The notes under the pieces are model-generated. The model searched no databases. It saw nothing but the letters and a program-made list of their open reading frames with translations, and was not told the DNA's origin. The position numbers and the translations under genes are program-made. A stretch of DNA of 64,000 bases from positions 62,001 through 126,000 of the forward strand of contig NEEC01000024.1 in assembly GCA_002189035.1 (NCBI GenBank), in the 5' to 3' direction. The number at the start of each line of letters is the position of its first letter. The stretch's first letter is position 1. The stretch is from Utricularia gibba (Eukaryota; Plantae; Magnoliophyta). Below are positions 1 through 15,000 of the stretch, in pieces.

Positions 1-3000
1 TTGGGCGGGTGATGTCGTTGTGAACTTCGTTCTGACCCAAGTTCGGTCTGACTCCTTTTCCACATCGGGTCTACTCGACGAAAATCGTGTTATTGAAGTT
101 AGGATGTCATAAGCACCCAAAATGGTTTTCTCAACCGCATGCTTTATATCTGACGCTCTCGTGGGGCAACGGTATCGAGAAGGAGGTCGAGTCGAGCTCG
201 GGCCCATAGTCATTTGTGCTCGGCAAAAAACTTGATGCATTTCTTAACGTTGGGTTTTAATTGGCTGCCTACATGGTTTCTCAAGGAAAAGCTTGTCGTT
301 TTTGGGCGGGTGATGTCGTTGTGAACTTCGTTCTGACCCGGTCTGACTCCTTTGCCACATCGGGTCCTACTCGACGTCGTGATGCACTCCACCCAAAATG
401 GTTTTCTCAACCGCATGCGGGTCTACTCGACGGAAGTCGAATAGTCGTGGCTCGGCAAAAAACTTGATGCATTTCTTAACGTTGGGTTTTAATTGGCTGC
501 CTACATGGTTTCTCAAGGAAAAGCTTGTCGTTTTTGGGCGGGTGATGTCGTTGTGAACTTCGTTCTGACCCAAGGTTCGGTCTGACTCCTTTGCCACATC
601 GGGTCCTACTCGACGAAAATCGTGATGCACTTATTGAAGTTAGGATGTCATAAGCACCCAAAATGGTTTTCTCAACCGCATGCTTTATATCTGAGGAGGC
701 GCTCTCGTGGGGCAACGGTATCGAGAAGGAGGTCGAGTCGAGCTCGGGCCCATAGTCATTTGTAGCTCGGCAAAAAACTTGATGCATTTCTTAACGTTGG
801 GTTTTAATTGGCTGCCTACATGGTTTCTCAAGGAAAAGCTTGTCGTTTTTGGGCGGGTGATGTCGTTGTGAACTTCGTTCTGACCCAAGGTTCGGTCTGA
901 CTCCTTTTTCCACATCGGGTCCTACTCGACGAAATCGTGATGCACTTATTGAAGTTAGGATGTCATAAGCACCCAAAATGGTTTTCTCAACCGCATGCTT
1001 TATATCTGAGGAGGCGCTCTCGTGGGGCAACGGTATCGAGAAGGAGGTCGGTCGCTGTCATTATTGAAGTTGGGTTTTAATTGGCTGCCTACATGGTTTC
1101 TCAAGGAAAAGCTTGTCGTTTTTGGGCAAGGTTCGGTCTGACTGGGTTACTCGACGAAAATCGTGATGCACTTATTGAAGTTAGGATGTCATAAGCACCC
1201 AAAATGGTTTTCTCAACCGCATGCTTTATATTGAGGAGGCGCTCTCGTGGGGGTATCGAGAAGCGAGTCGAGCTCTAGTCGTGGCTCGGCAAAAAACTTG
1301 ATGCAGTTGGGTTTTAATTGGCTGCCTACATGGTTTCTCAAGGAAAAGCTTGTCGTTTTTGGCGGGTGATGTCGTTGTGAACTTCGTTCTGACCCAAGTT
1401 CGGTCTGACTCCTTTTTCCACATCGGGTCCTACTCGACGAAAATCGTGATGCACTTATTGAAGTTAGGATGTCATAAGCACCCAAAATGGTTTTCTCAAC
1501 CGCATGCTTTATATCTGAGGAGGCGCTCTCGTGGGGCAACGGTGCAGGAGGTTCTTAAACTTGGGTTGGGTTTTAATTGGCTGCCTACATGGTTTCTCAA
1601 GGAAAAGCTTGTCGTTTTTGGGCGGGTGATGTCGTTGTGAACTTCGTTCTGACCCAAGGTTCGGTCTGACTCCTTTGCCACATCGGGTCCTACTCGACGA
1701 AAATCGTGATGCACTTATTGAAGTTAGGATGTCATGAGCACCCAAAATGGTTTTCTCAACCGCATGCTTTATATCTGAGGAGGCGCTCTCGTGGGGGTAT
1801 TCGAGTCGAGCTCGGGCCCATAGTCAAAAAAACTTGATGCATTTCTTAACGTTGGGTTTTAATTGGCTGCCTACATGGTTTCTCAAGGAAAAGCTTGTCG
1901 TCCGTTGTGGTTCTGACCCAAGGTTCGGTCTGAGTCACTTCGTGATGCACTTACGGTATGCGAGGAATATCGTCGAGTCGAGCTTAGTCATTTGTTCGGC
2001 AAAAAACTTGATGCATTTCTTAACGTTGGCTGCCTACATGGTTTCTCAAGGAAAAGCTTGTCGTTTTTGGGCGGGTGATGTCGTTGTGAACTTCGTTCTG
2101 ACCCAAGGTTCGGTCTGACTCCTTTTTCCACATCGGGTCCTACTCGACGAAATTCGTGATGCACTTATTGAAGTTAGGATGTCATAGCACCCAAAATGTT
2201 TTCTCAACCGCATGCTTTATATCTGAGGAGGCGCTCTCGTGGGGCAACGGTATCGAGAAGGAAGTCGAGCTCGATAGTCATTTGAAAAAACTTCGTTGGG
2301 TTTTTTGGCTGCCTACATGGTTTCTCAAGGAAAAGCTTGTCGTTTTTGGGCGGGTGAAACTTCGTTCTGACCCAAGGTTCGGTCTGACTCCTTTTCCACA
2401 TCGGGTCCTACTCGACGAAAATCGTGATGCACTTATTGAAGTTAGGATGTCATAAGCACCCAAAATGGTTTTCTCAACCGCATGCTTTATATCTGAGGAG
2501 GCGCTCTCGTGGGGCAACGGTATCGAGAAGGAGGTCGAGTCGAGCTCGGGCCCATAGTCATTTGTGGCTCGGCAAAAAACTTGATGCATTTCTTAACGTT
2601 GGGTTTTAATTGGCTGCCTACATGGTTTCTCAAGGAAAAGCTTGTCGTTTTTGGGCGGGTGATGTCGTTGTGAACTTCGTTCTGACCAAGTTCGGTCTGA
2701 CTCCTTTTTCCACATCGGGTCCTACTCGACGAAAATCGTGATGCACTTATTGAAGTTAGGATGTCATAAGCACCCAAAATGGTTTTCTCAACCGCATGCT
2801 TTATATCTGAGGAGGCGCTCTCGTGGGGCAACGGTATCGAGAAGGTGGTCGAGTCGAGCTCGGGCCCATAGTCATTTGTGGCTCGGCAAAAAACTTGATG
2901 CATTTCTTAACGTTGGGTTTTAATTGGCTGCCTACATGGTTTCTCAAGGAAAAGCTTGTCGTTTTTGGGCGGGTGATGTCGTTGTGAACTTCGTTCTGAC

Positions 3001-6000
3001 CCAAGGTTCGGTCTGACTCCTTTGCCACATCGGGTCCTACTCGACGAAAATCGTGCTGCACTTATTGAAGTTAGGATGTCATGAGCACCCAAAATGGTTT
3101 TCTCAACCGCATGCTTTATATTTGATAAGGCGCTCTCGTGGGCAACGGTATCGAGAAGGTGGTCGAGTCGAGCTCGGGCCCATAGTCATTTGTGGCTCGG
3201 CAAAAAACTTGATGCATTTCTTAACGTTGGGTTTTAATTGGCTGCCTACATGGTTTCTCAAGGAAAAGCTTGTCGTTTTTGGGCGGTGATGTCGTTGTGA
3301 ACTTCGTTCTGACCCAAGGTTCGGTCTGACTCCTTTGCCACATCGGTCCTACTCGACGAAAATCGTGATGCACTTATTGAAGTTAGGATGTCATAGCACC
3401 CAAAATGGTTTTCTCAACCGCATGCTTTATATCTGAGGAGGCGCTCTCGTGGGGCAACGGTATCGAGAAGGAGGTCGAGTCGAGCTCGGGCCCATAGTCA
3501 TTTGTAGCTCGGCAAAAAACTTGATGCATTTCTTAACGTTGGGTTTTAATTGGCTGCCTACATGGTTTCTCAAGGAAAAGCTTGTCGTTTTTGGGCGGGT
3601 GATGTCGTTGTGAACTTCGTTCTGACCCAAGTTCGGTCTGACTCCTTTGCCACATCGGGTCCTACTCGACGAAAATCGTGATGCACTTATTGAAGTTAGG
3701 ATGTCATAAGCACCCAAAATGGTTTTCTCAACCGCATGCTTTATATCAGGCGCTCTCGTGGGGCAACGGTATCGTGGTCGAGTCGAGCTCGGGCCCATAG
3801 TCATTTGTGGCTCGGCAAAAAACTTGATGCATTTCTTAACGTTGGGTTTTAATTGGCTGCCTACATGGTTTCTCAAGGAAAAGCTTGTCGTTTTTGGGCG
3901 GGTGATGTCGTTGTGAACTTCGTTCTGACCCAAGGTTCGGTCTGACTCCTTTGCCACATCGGGTCCTACTCGACGAAAATCGTGATGCACTTATTGAAGT
4001 TAGGATGTCATGAGCACCCAAAATGGTTTTCTCAACCGCATGCTTTATATTTGATAAGGCGCTCGTCGTGGGGCAATCGAGAGGTCGAGTCGAGCTCGGG
4101 CCCATAGTCATTTGTGGCTCGGCAAAAAACTTGATGCATTTCTTAACGTTGGGGCTGCCTACATGGTTTCTCAAGGAAAAGCTTGTCGTTTTTGGGCTGA
4201 TGTCGTTGTGAACTTCGTTCTGACCCAAGGTGGTCTGACTCCTTTGCCACATCGGGTCCTACTCGACGAAAATCGTGATGCACTTATTGAAGTTAGGATG
4301 TCATAAGCACCCAAAATGGTTTTCTCAACCGCATGGCGGTGTGATGTCGTTGTGAACTTCGTTCTGCCTACATGGTTTCTCAAGGAAAAGCTTGTCGGTC
4401 GTTGTGAACTTCGTTCTTTTCCACATCGGGTCCTACTCGACGAAAATCGTGATGCACTTATTGAAGTTAGGATGTCATGCACCCAAAATGGTTTTCTCAA
4501 CCGCATGCTTTATATCTGAGGAGGCGCTCTCGTGGCAACGGTATCGAGAAGGAGGTCGAGTCGAGCTCGGGCCCATAGTCATTTGTAGCTCGGCAAAAAA
4601 CTTGATGCATTTCTTAACGTTGGTTTTAATTGGCTGCCTACATGGTTTCTCAAGGAAAAGCTTGTCGTTTTTGGGCTGATGTCGTTGTGAACTTCGTTCT
4701 GACCCAACGGTCTTCGGGTCCTACTCGACGAAAATCGTGATGCACTTATTGAAGTTAGGATGTCGCACCCAAAATGGTTTTCTCAACCGCATGCTTTATA
4801 TCTGAGGAGGCGCTCTCGTGGGGCAACGGTATCGTCAGTTTGTCGCTCGGCAAAAAACTTGAATTGGCTGCCTACATGGTTTCTCAAGGAAAAGCTAACG
4901 TTCTGGGTTTTAATTGGCTGCCTGCATTTTTTCTCAAGGAACGTTGTGGTTTTAATTGGCTGCCTACATGTTGTTTCAAGGAAAAGCTTGTCGTTTTTGG
5001 GCGGGTGATGTCGTTGTGAACTTCGTTCTGGTCTGACTCCTCCACATCGGGTCCTATCGATCGAAATACTCGACGATGCACTTAATCTTAGGATGTCATG
5101 TCGTTAACTTCGACCCAAGGTTAGGATTCATGTCCGGTGCTTTCTCGAACCGCGTGCTTCTATTGAAGAGGAGTCATGAGCACAAAATCGGTTTTCTCAA
5201 CGTCGGGCCCATAGTCATTTGTGGCTCGGCAAAAAACTTGATGCATTTCTTAACGTTGGTTTCTTATGTCGTTGTGATTGGCTTCGGTCTGACTACATGG
5301 TCCTACTCTCAAGGAAAAGCTTGTCGTTTTTGATCGATGTGTTCGTTTTGAAGTTCTGACCTCATGAACTCCTTTCGGTCCACATCGGGTCCTACTCGAC
5401 GAAAATCGTGATGCACTTATTGAAGTTAGGATGTCATAGCACCCAAAATGGTTTTCTCAACCGCATGCTTTATATTTGATGGCGCTCTCGTTATCTCTCT
5501 CGTGCTCGGGCCCAGAAGGAGCTTGTCGATGTCGAGCTCGGCAAAAGTCATGGCATTGGCTTGCTCGGGGTTTTCAATTGGCTCGGCCTTGATGCATGTT
5601 GGGTTTTAATTGGCTGCCTATGTCGTTGTGAACTTCGGTTTCTGACAATCGGGTCCTACTCGACGAAGCTTGTCGCACTTTTTGGGCGGTGTGTCGTCGA
5701 GCACCTTCGTTCTGACCCAAGGTTCGGTCTTGACTCCTTTGCCACATCGGGTCCTACTCGACGAAAATCGTGATGCTCACGGTTTTCTCAACCGCATGAA
5801 GCATGTCCCAGGAGGCGTCTCAACCGGTATGCTTTATAAGATAGGTGGTCGTGGGGGCAATGAGGTATCGAGATAGTCGAACTTGGCTCATGGGTTCATG
5901 GACTATGCCAATCAAACTTGATGCATTTCTTAACGTTGGGTTTTAATTGGCTGCCTACATGGTTTCTCAAGGAAAAGCTTGTCGTTTTTTGATGTCGTTG

Positions 6001-9000
6001 TGAACTTCGTTCTGACCCAAGGACGTCGTTAGACTCCACTTCACACCAAAATGGTTTTCTCAACCGCATGCTTTATATCCATCGGTCGCTCTCGTGGGCA
6101 ACGGGTCTTAGGATGAAGCTCCCAAAATTGTCGTCAACATAAGCACCCAAAATGGTTTTTCATGCTTTATATCTGAGGAGGCGCTCTCGTGGGGCAACGG
6201 TATCGCGAGTCGAGCTCGGGCCCATAGTCATTTGTAGCTCGGCAAAAAACTTGATGCATTTCTTAACGTTGGGTTTTAATTGGCTGCCTACATGGTTTCT
6301 CAAGGAAAAGCTTGTCGTTTTTGGGCGGGTGATGTCGTTGTGAACTTGTTCTGACTTTTTGTCGGCACGGTCCTTTGCCACGATCGAAAGGTACGAGTTG
6401 AGCAGGATGATAGTCCCAAAATCGGTTTTCTCAACCGCATGCTTTATATTCGCTCTAACGTTGGAAGGAGGTCGAGTTTAATTGGCTCGCCTACATGCTC
6501 ATGGTTTAACGTCGTTTTTGGGGCTGATGTCGGTTTCTCAACTTCAAGCTTGTCCCAAGGTTCGGGCTGACTCCTTCGTTGTGATCGTTCTGCTACCCAA
6601 GGTTCGAACTCCTTCGCCACATTACTTCGTTAGGATGTCATGAGCACCCAAAATGGTTTTCTCAACCGCATGCTTTATATCTTAGGATGTCTCGAGCTCG
6701 TGGGGCAAAATGGTTTCTCAACCGAAGGAGGTCGTTTATGTCGAGCTGAGGAGGCGTCATTTGTAGGGGCAACAAAATCGAAAGGAGGTCGAGTCGAGCT
6801 CGGCCCATTAGTCATTTGTGGGTTTTAATTGGCTGCCTACATGGTTTCAAAAAACTTGATGCATTTTTGAAAAGCTTGTCGTTTTGGCTGGGTGATGTCG
6901 TCTCGTGAACGGTTCGTTCTTGTCGTTTTTGGGCTGGGTGATTGTCGTTGTGAACTTCGTTCTGACCCAAGGTTCGGGTCCTTTGCCACATCGGGTCCTA
7001 CTCGACGAAATCGTGATGCACTTATTGAAGTTAGGATGTCATGCACCCAAAATGGTTTTCTCAACCGCATGCTTTATATTGAGGAGGCGCTCTCGTGGGG
7101 CAACGGTATCGAGAAGGAGGTCGAGTCGAGCTCGGGCCCATAGTCATTTGTAGCTCGGCAAAAAACTTGATGCATTTCTTAACGTTGGGTTTTAATTGGC
7201 TGCCTACATGAAGGAAAAGCTTGTCGTTTTTGGGCGGGTGATGTCGTTGTGAACTTCGTTCTGACCCAAGGTTCGGTCTGACTCCTTTGCCACATCGGGT
7301 CCTACTCGACGAAAATCGTGATGCACTTATTGAAGTTAGGATGTCATGAGCACCCAAAATGGTTTTCTCAACCGCATGCTTTATATTGAGGAGGCGCTCT
7401 CGTGGGGCAACGGTATCGAGTCGAGTCGAGCTCGGGCCCATAGTCATTTGTAGCTCGGCAAAAAACTTGCATGTTGGGTTTTAATTGGCTGCCTACATGG
7501 TTTCTCAAGGAAAAGCTTGTCGTTTTTGGGCGGGTGATGTCGTTGTGAACTTCGTTCTGACCCAAGGTTCTGACTCCTTTGCCACATCGGGTCCTACTCG
7601 ACGAAAATCGTGATGCACTTATTGAAGTTAGGATGTCATGGCACCCAAAATGGTTTTCTCAACCGCATGCTTTATAAAGGCGCTCTCGTGGGGCAACGGT
7701 ATTTCGAGTCGAGCTCGCCCATAGTCATTTGTGAAAAAACTTGATGCATTTCTTAACGTTGGGTTTTAATTGACATGGTTTCTCAAGGAAAAGCTCGTGA
7801 TCTGTGAACTTCGTTCTGACCCAAGGTTCGGTCTGACACATCGGGTCCTACTCGACGAAATCGTGATGCACTTATTGAAGTTAGGATGTCATAAGCACCC
7901 AAAATGGTTTTCTCAACCGCATGCTGAGAAGGAGGTCGAGTCGAGCTCGATAGTCATTTGTAGCTCGGCAAAAACTGATGCATTTTTAACGTTGGGTTTT
8001 AATTGGCTGCCTACATGGTTTTCAAGGATCGGGTGATGTCGTTGTGAACTTGTTCTGACCCAAGGTTCGGTCTGACTCCTTTGCCACATCGGGTCCTACT
8101 CGACGAAATCGTGATGCACTTATTGAAGTTAGGATGTCATGAGCACCCAAAATGGTTTTCTCAACCGCATGCTTTATATTTGAGGCGCTCTCGTGGGGCA
8201 ACGGTATCGGGTCGAGTCGAGCTCGGGCCCATAGTCATTTGTAGCTCGGCAAAAAACTTGATGCATTTCTTAACGTTGGGTTTTAATACATGGTTTCTCA
8301 AGGAAAAGCTTGTCGTTTTTGGCGGGTGATGTCGTTGTGAACTTCGTTCTGACCCAAGGTTCGGTCTGACTCCTTTCCACATCGGGTCCTACTCGACGGT
8401 GATGCACTTATTGAAGTTAGGATGTCATAGCACCCAAAATGGTTTTCAACCGCATGCTTTATATCTGAGGAGGCGCTCTCGTGGGCAACGGTATCGAGGG
8501 AGGTCGAGTCGAGCTCGGGCCCATAGTCATTTGTAGCTCGGCAAAAAACTTGATGCATTTCTTAACGTTGGGTTTTAATTGGCTGCCTACATGGTTTCTC
8601 AAGGAAAAGCTTGTCGTTTTTGGGCGGGTGATGTCGTTGTGAACTTCGTTCTGACCCAAGGTTCCTGACTCCTTTGCCACATCGGGTCCTACTCGACGAA
8701 AATCGTGATGCACTTATTGAAGTTAGGATGTCATGAGCACCCAAAATGGTTTTCTCAACATGCTTTATATTGATAAGGCGCTCTCGTGGGGCAACGGTAT
8801 CGAGAGGGGTCGAGTCGAGCTCGGGCCCATAGTCATTTGTGGCTCGGCAAAAAACTTGATGCATTTCTTAACGTTGGGTTTTAATTGGCTGCCTACATGG
8901 TTTCTCAAGGAAAAGCTTGTCGTTTTTGGGCGGGTGATGTCGTTGTGAACTTCGTTCTGACCCAAGGTTCGGTCTGACTCCTTTGCCACATCGGGTCCTA

Positions 9001-12000
9001 CTCGACGAAATCGTGATGCACTTATTGAAGTTAGGATGTCATAAGCACCCAAAATGGTTTTCTCAACCGCATGCTTTATATCTGAGGAGGCGCTCTCGTG
9101 GCAACGGTATCGAGAAGGAGGTCGAGTCGAGCTCGGGCCCATAGTCATTTGTAGGGGATGCAAACGTTGAATTGGCTGCCTACATGAAGGAGCTTGTCGT
9201 TTTTGGGCGGGTGATGTCGTTGTGAACTTCGTTCTGACCCAAGGTTCGGTCTGACTCCTTTGCCACATCGGGTCCTACTCGACGAAAATCGTGCTGCACT
9301 TATTGAAGTTAGGATGTCATAGCACCCAAAATGGTTTTCTCAACCGCATGCTTTATATCTGAGGAGGCGCTCTCGTGGGGCAACGGTATCGAGAAGGAGG
9401 TCGAGTCGAGCTCGGGCCCATAGTCATTTGTGCTCGGCAAAAAACTTGATGCATTTCTTAACGTTGGGTTTTAATTGGCTGCCTACATGGTTTCTCAAGG
9501 AAAAGCTTGTCGTTTTTGGGCGGGTGATGTCGTTGTGAACTTCGTTCTGACCCAAGGTTCGGTCTGACTCCTTTGCCACATCGGGTCCTACTCGACGAAA
9601 ATCGTGATGCACTTATTGAAGTTAGGATGTCATAAGCACCCAAAATGGTTTTCTCAACCGCATGCTTTATATTGAGGAGGCGCTCTCGTGGGCAACGGTA
9701 TCGAGAAGGAGGTCGAGTCGAGCTCGACATAAGCATTTCGGGCTGACTCCTTGATGTCACATCGGGTCCTACTCGACGAAAATCGTGATGCACTTATTGA
9801 AGTTAGGATGTCATTACCCAAAATGGTTTTCGAATCCTCGCATTGCATTTATATTGGCTGGGAAGGCGCTTGTCGTCTTCGTTCTGGGCAACGGTATCGA
9901 GCAGCTCGAGTCGCAGCTCGGGCCCGATAGTCATTTGTAGCTCGGCAAAAAACTTGATGCATTTCTTAACGTTGGTTTTAATTGGCTGCCTACATGGTTT
10001 CTCAAGGAAAAGCTTGAAAATTAACGATTCAGAGCACCCAAGGAAAATTCGCTTCGTATTGATGGGGCATGTCTCAACCGTGCTTTATATTGTCTCGAAC
10101 GGTATCGAGAAGGAGGTCGAGTCGAGCTCGACCCAGGTCGGCACAAAGGAACTTGTCGTTTTTGGGGGGTGATGTCGTTGTGAACTTCGTTCTGACCCAA
10201 GGTAAAACTCGACGGTGATGCACTTATTGAAGTTAGGATGTCATAACCCAAAATACCGCATGCTTTATATTGAGGAGGCGCTCTCGTGGGGCAACGGTAT
10301 CGAGAAGGAGGTCGAGTCGAGCTCATAGTCCTCGGCAAAAAACTTGATGCATTTCTTAACGTTGGGTTTTAATTGGCTGCCTACATGGTTTCTCAAGGAA
10401 AAGCTTGTCGTTTTTGGGCGGGTGATGTCGTTGTGAACTTCGTTCTGACCCAAGGTTCGGTCTGACTCCTTTGCCACATCGGGTCCTACTCGACGAAAAT
10501 CGTGATGCACTTATTGAAGTTAGGATGTCATGAGCACCCAAAATGGTTTTCTCAACCGCATGCTTTATATCTGAGGAGGCGCTCTCGTGGGGCAACGGTA
10601 TCGAGAAGGAGGTCGAGTCGAGCTCGGGCCCATAGTCATTTGTAGCTCGGCAAAAAACTTGATGCATTTCTTAACGTTGGGTTTTAATTGGCTGCCTACA
10701 TGGTTTCTCAAGGAAAAGCTTGTCGTTTTTGGGCGGGTGATGTCGTTGTGAACTTCGTTCTGACCCAAGGTTCGGTCTGAACATCGGGTCGACGAAAATC
10801 GTGATGCAGACCACCCAAAATGGTTTTCTCAACCGCATGCTTTATATCGCTCTCGTGGGGCAACGGTATCGAGATTTCTCGTGGGGGTTATCTGACATGA
10901 AGGAAAAGCTTGTCGTTTTTGGGCGGTGATGTCGTTGTGAACTTCGTTCTGACCCAAGGTTCGGTCTGACTCCTTTGCCACATCGGGTCCTACTCGACGA
11001 AAATCGTGATGCACTTATTGAAGTTAGGATGTCATCCCCAAAATGGTTTTCTCAACCGCATGCTTTATATCATCCGCTTCCTCGGGATGCATGTTGGTTT
11101 TAATTGGCTGCCTACATGGTTTCTCAAGGAAAAGCTTGTCGTATGTCGTTGTGAACTTCGTTCTGACGGGGTCCTACTCGACGAAAATCGTGATGCACTT
11201 ATTGAAGTTAGGATGTCATGAGCACCCAAAATGGTTTTCTCAACCGCATGCTTTATATCGCTCTCGGTGATCGAGTCGTCTGTCATTTGTAACACGTTGG
11301 GTTTTAATTGGCTGCCTACATGGTTTCTCAAGGAAAAGCTTGTCGATGTCGAGACGGAGGGTCGACTCGATTCATGAGCACCCAAAATGGTTTTCTCAAC
11401 CGCATGCTTTATATCTCATATCGCGCTCTCAAACGAAAACGTTGGGTTTTAATTGGCTGCCTACATGGTTTCTCAAGGAAAAGCTTGTCGTTTTTGGGCG
11501 GGTGATGTCGTTGTGAACTTCGTTCTGACCCAAGGTTCGCCACATAGACTCATTTGCCGGTTTTCTCAACCGCATGCTTTATATCTGAGGAGGCGCTCTC
11601 GTGGGGCAACGGTATCGAGAAGGAGGTCGAGTCGAGCTCGGCCCATAGTCATTTGTGGCTCGGCAAAAAACTTGATGCATTTCTTAACGTTGGGTTTTAA
11701 TTGGCTGCCTACATGGTTTCTCAAGGAAAAGCTTGTCGTTTTTGGGCGGGTGATGTCGTTGTGAACTTCGTTCTGACCCAAGGTTCGGTCTGACTCCTTT
11801 GCCACATCGGGTCCTACTCGACGAAATCACTTATTGAAGTTAGGATGTCATCACCCAAAATGGTTTTCTCAACCGCATGCTTTATATCTGAGGCGCTCTC
11901 GTGGGGCAACGGTATCGAGCGGAGGTCGAGTCGAGCTCGGGCCCATAGTCATTTGTGCTCGGCAAAAAACTTGGGTTGGGTTTTAATTGGCTGCCTACAT

Positions 12001-15000
12001 GGTTTCTCAAGGAAAAGCTTGTCGTTTTTGGGCGGTGATGTCGTTGTGAACTTCGTTCTGACCCAAGGTTCGGTCTGACTCCTTTGCCACATCGGGTCCT
12101 ACTCGACGAAAATCGTGATGCACTTATTGAAGTTAGGATGTCATAAGCACCCAAAATGGTTTTCTCAACCGCATGCTTTATATCTGAGGAGGCGCTCTCG
12201 TGGGGCAACGGTATCGAGAAGGAGGTCGAGTCGAGCTCGGGCCCATAGTCATTTGTAGCTCGGCAAAAAACTTGATGCATTTCTTAACGTTGGTTTTAAT
12301 TGGCTGCCTACATGGTTTCTCAAGGAAAAGCTTGTCGTTTTTGGGCGGGTGATGTCGTTGTGAACTTCGTTCTGACCCAAGGTTCGGTCTGACTCCTTTG
12401 CCACATCGGGTCCTACTCGACGAAAATCGTGATGCACTTATTGAAGTTAGGATGTCATGCACCCAAAATGGTTTTCTCAACCGCATGCTTTATATGAGGA
12501 GGCGCTCTCGTGGGGCAACGGTATCGTCGAGTCGAGCTCGGGCCCATAGTCATCTCGGCAAGATGCATTTCTTAACGTTGGGTTTTAATTGGCTGCCTAC
12601 ATGTTTCTCATTGTCGTTTTTGGGCGGGATGTCGTTGTGAGTTCTGACCCAAAACATCGGGTCCTACTCGACGAAAATCGTCACTTACATCGGGGCCTAC
12701 GGTATCGTCGAAACGTGCTCGGCAAAAAACTTGATGCATTTCTTAACGTTGGGTTTTAATTGGCTGCCTACATGGTTTCTCAAGGAAAAGCTTGTCGTTT
12801 TTGGGCGGGTGATGTCGTTGTGAACTTCGTTCTGACCCAAGGTTCGGGACTCCTCCACACGCATGCTTTATATTGTCCGAGGCGACGAAAATCGTGAACG
12901 CACTTATTGAATTGGCTTAGGATGTCATGTCGAGCTGACCCAAAATAGTCATTTACCGGCAAATGCTTTATACGCTCTCGTGGGGCAACGGTATCGAGAT
13001 CTTAAGTTGGGTTTTAATTGGCTGCCTACATGGTTTCTCAAGGAAAAGCTTGTCGTTTTTGGGCGGGTGATGTCGTTGTGAACTTCGTTCTGACCCAAGG
13101 TTCGGTCTGACTCCTTTGCCACATCGGGTCCTACTCGACGAAAATCGTGATGCATTATGCTGAAGTTAACGGTATCGTCATCGAGCATAGTCATTAAAAA
13201 ACTTGATGCATTTCTTAACGTTGGGTTTTAATTGGCTGCCTACATGGTTTCTCAAGGAAAAGCTTGTCGTTTTTGGGCGGTGATGTCGTTGTGAACTTCG
13301 TTCTGACCCAAGGTTCGGTCTGACTCCTTTGCCACATCGGGTCCTACTCGACGAAAATCGTGATGCACTTATTGAAGTTAGGATGTCATAGCACCCAAAA
13401 TGGTTTTCTCAACCGCATGCTCAACGGTATCGAGAAGGAGGTCGAGTCGAGCTCGGGCCCATAGTCATTTGTGGCTCGGCAAAAAACTTGATGCATTTCT
13501 TAACGTTGGGTTTTAATTGGCTGCCTACATGGTTTCTCAAGGAAAAGCTTGTCGTTTTTGGGCGGTGATGTCGTTGTGAACTTCGTTCTGACCCAAGGTT
13601 CGCCACATCGACTCGACGAAGTGATTTATTGAAGTTAGGATGTCATGAGCACCCAAAATGGTTTTCTCAACCGCATGCTTTATATCTGAGGAGGCGCTCT
13701 CGTGGGGCAACGGTATCGAGAAGGAGGTCGAGTCGAGCTCGGGCCCATAGTCATTTGTGGCTCGGCAAAAAACTTCGAGGGGAGTCGTCGATCGAACTTG
13801 GGCCCATAGTCTGACTTACATTTCTTTGATGCATCAATTGGACAAAGCTTTCGTTTTTGGGCGGGTGATGTCGTTGTGAACTTCGTTCTGACCCAAGGTT
13901 CGGTCTGACTCCTTTGCCACATCGGGTCCTACTCGACGAAACGTGTGCACTTATTGAAGTTAGGATGTCATGAGCACCCAAAATGGTTTTCTCAACCGCA
14001 TGCTTTATGAGGAGGCGCTCTCGTGGGGCAACGGTATCGAGAAGGAGGTCGAGTCGAGCTCGGGCCCATAGTCATTTGTAGCTCGGCAAAAAACTTGATG
14101 CATTTCTTAACGTTGGGTTTTAATTGGCTGCCTACATGGTTTCTCAAGGAAAAGCTTGTCGTTTTTGGGCGGGTGATGTCGTTGTGAACTTCGTTCTGAC
14201 CCAAGGTTCGGTCTGACTCCTTTGCCACATCGGGTCCTACTCGACGAAAATCGTGATGCACTTATTGAAGTTAGGATGTCATAGCACCCAAAATGGTTTT
14301 CTCAACCGCATGCTTTATATCTGAGGAGGCGCTCTCGTGGGGCAACGGTATCGAGAAGGAGGTCGAGTCGAGCTCGGGCCCATAGTCATTTGTAGCTCGG
14401 CAAAAAACTTGATGCATTTCTTAACGTTGGGTTTTAATTGGCTGCCTACATGGTTTCTCAAGGAAAAGCTTGTCGTTTTTGGGCGGGTGATGTCGTTGTG
14501 AACTTCGTTCTGACCCAAGGTTCGGTCTGACTCCTTTGCCACATCGGGTCCTACTCGACGAAAATCGTGATGCACTTATTGAAGTTAGGATGTCATTGAT
14601 GCTGAGGAGTTAACGGTATCGTCGAGTTTAGTCACTCGGCAAAAAACTTGATGCATTTCTTAACGTTGGGTTTCACATGGAAGCTTGTCGTTTTTGGGCG
14701 TTTGACTATGTCGGGTCCTACTCGACGAAAATCGACTTCGTGGGCATGCTTTATATCTGAGTAACGGTATCGAGAAGGAGGTCGAGTCGAGCTCGGGCCC
14801 ATAGTCATTTGTGGCTCGGCAAAAAACTTGATGCATTTCTTAACGTTGGGTTTTAATTGGCTGCCTACATGGTTTCTCAAGGAAAAGCTTGTCGTTTTTG
14901 GGCGGGTGATGTCGTTGTGAACTTCGTTCTGACCCAAGGTTCGGTCTGACTCCTTTGCCACATCGGGTCCTACTCGACGAAAATCGTGATGCACTTATTG

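Noticed and set aside
4300-13200. Repeat-plus-variable-segment look resembling a CRISPR array
   Set aside because: The variable parts are rearranged monomer pieces, not unique spacers. There are no cas genes and the context is eukaryotic.
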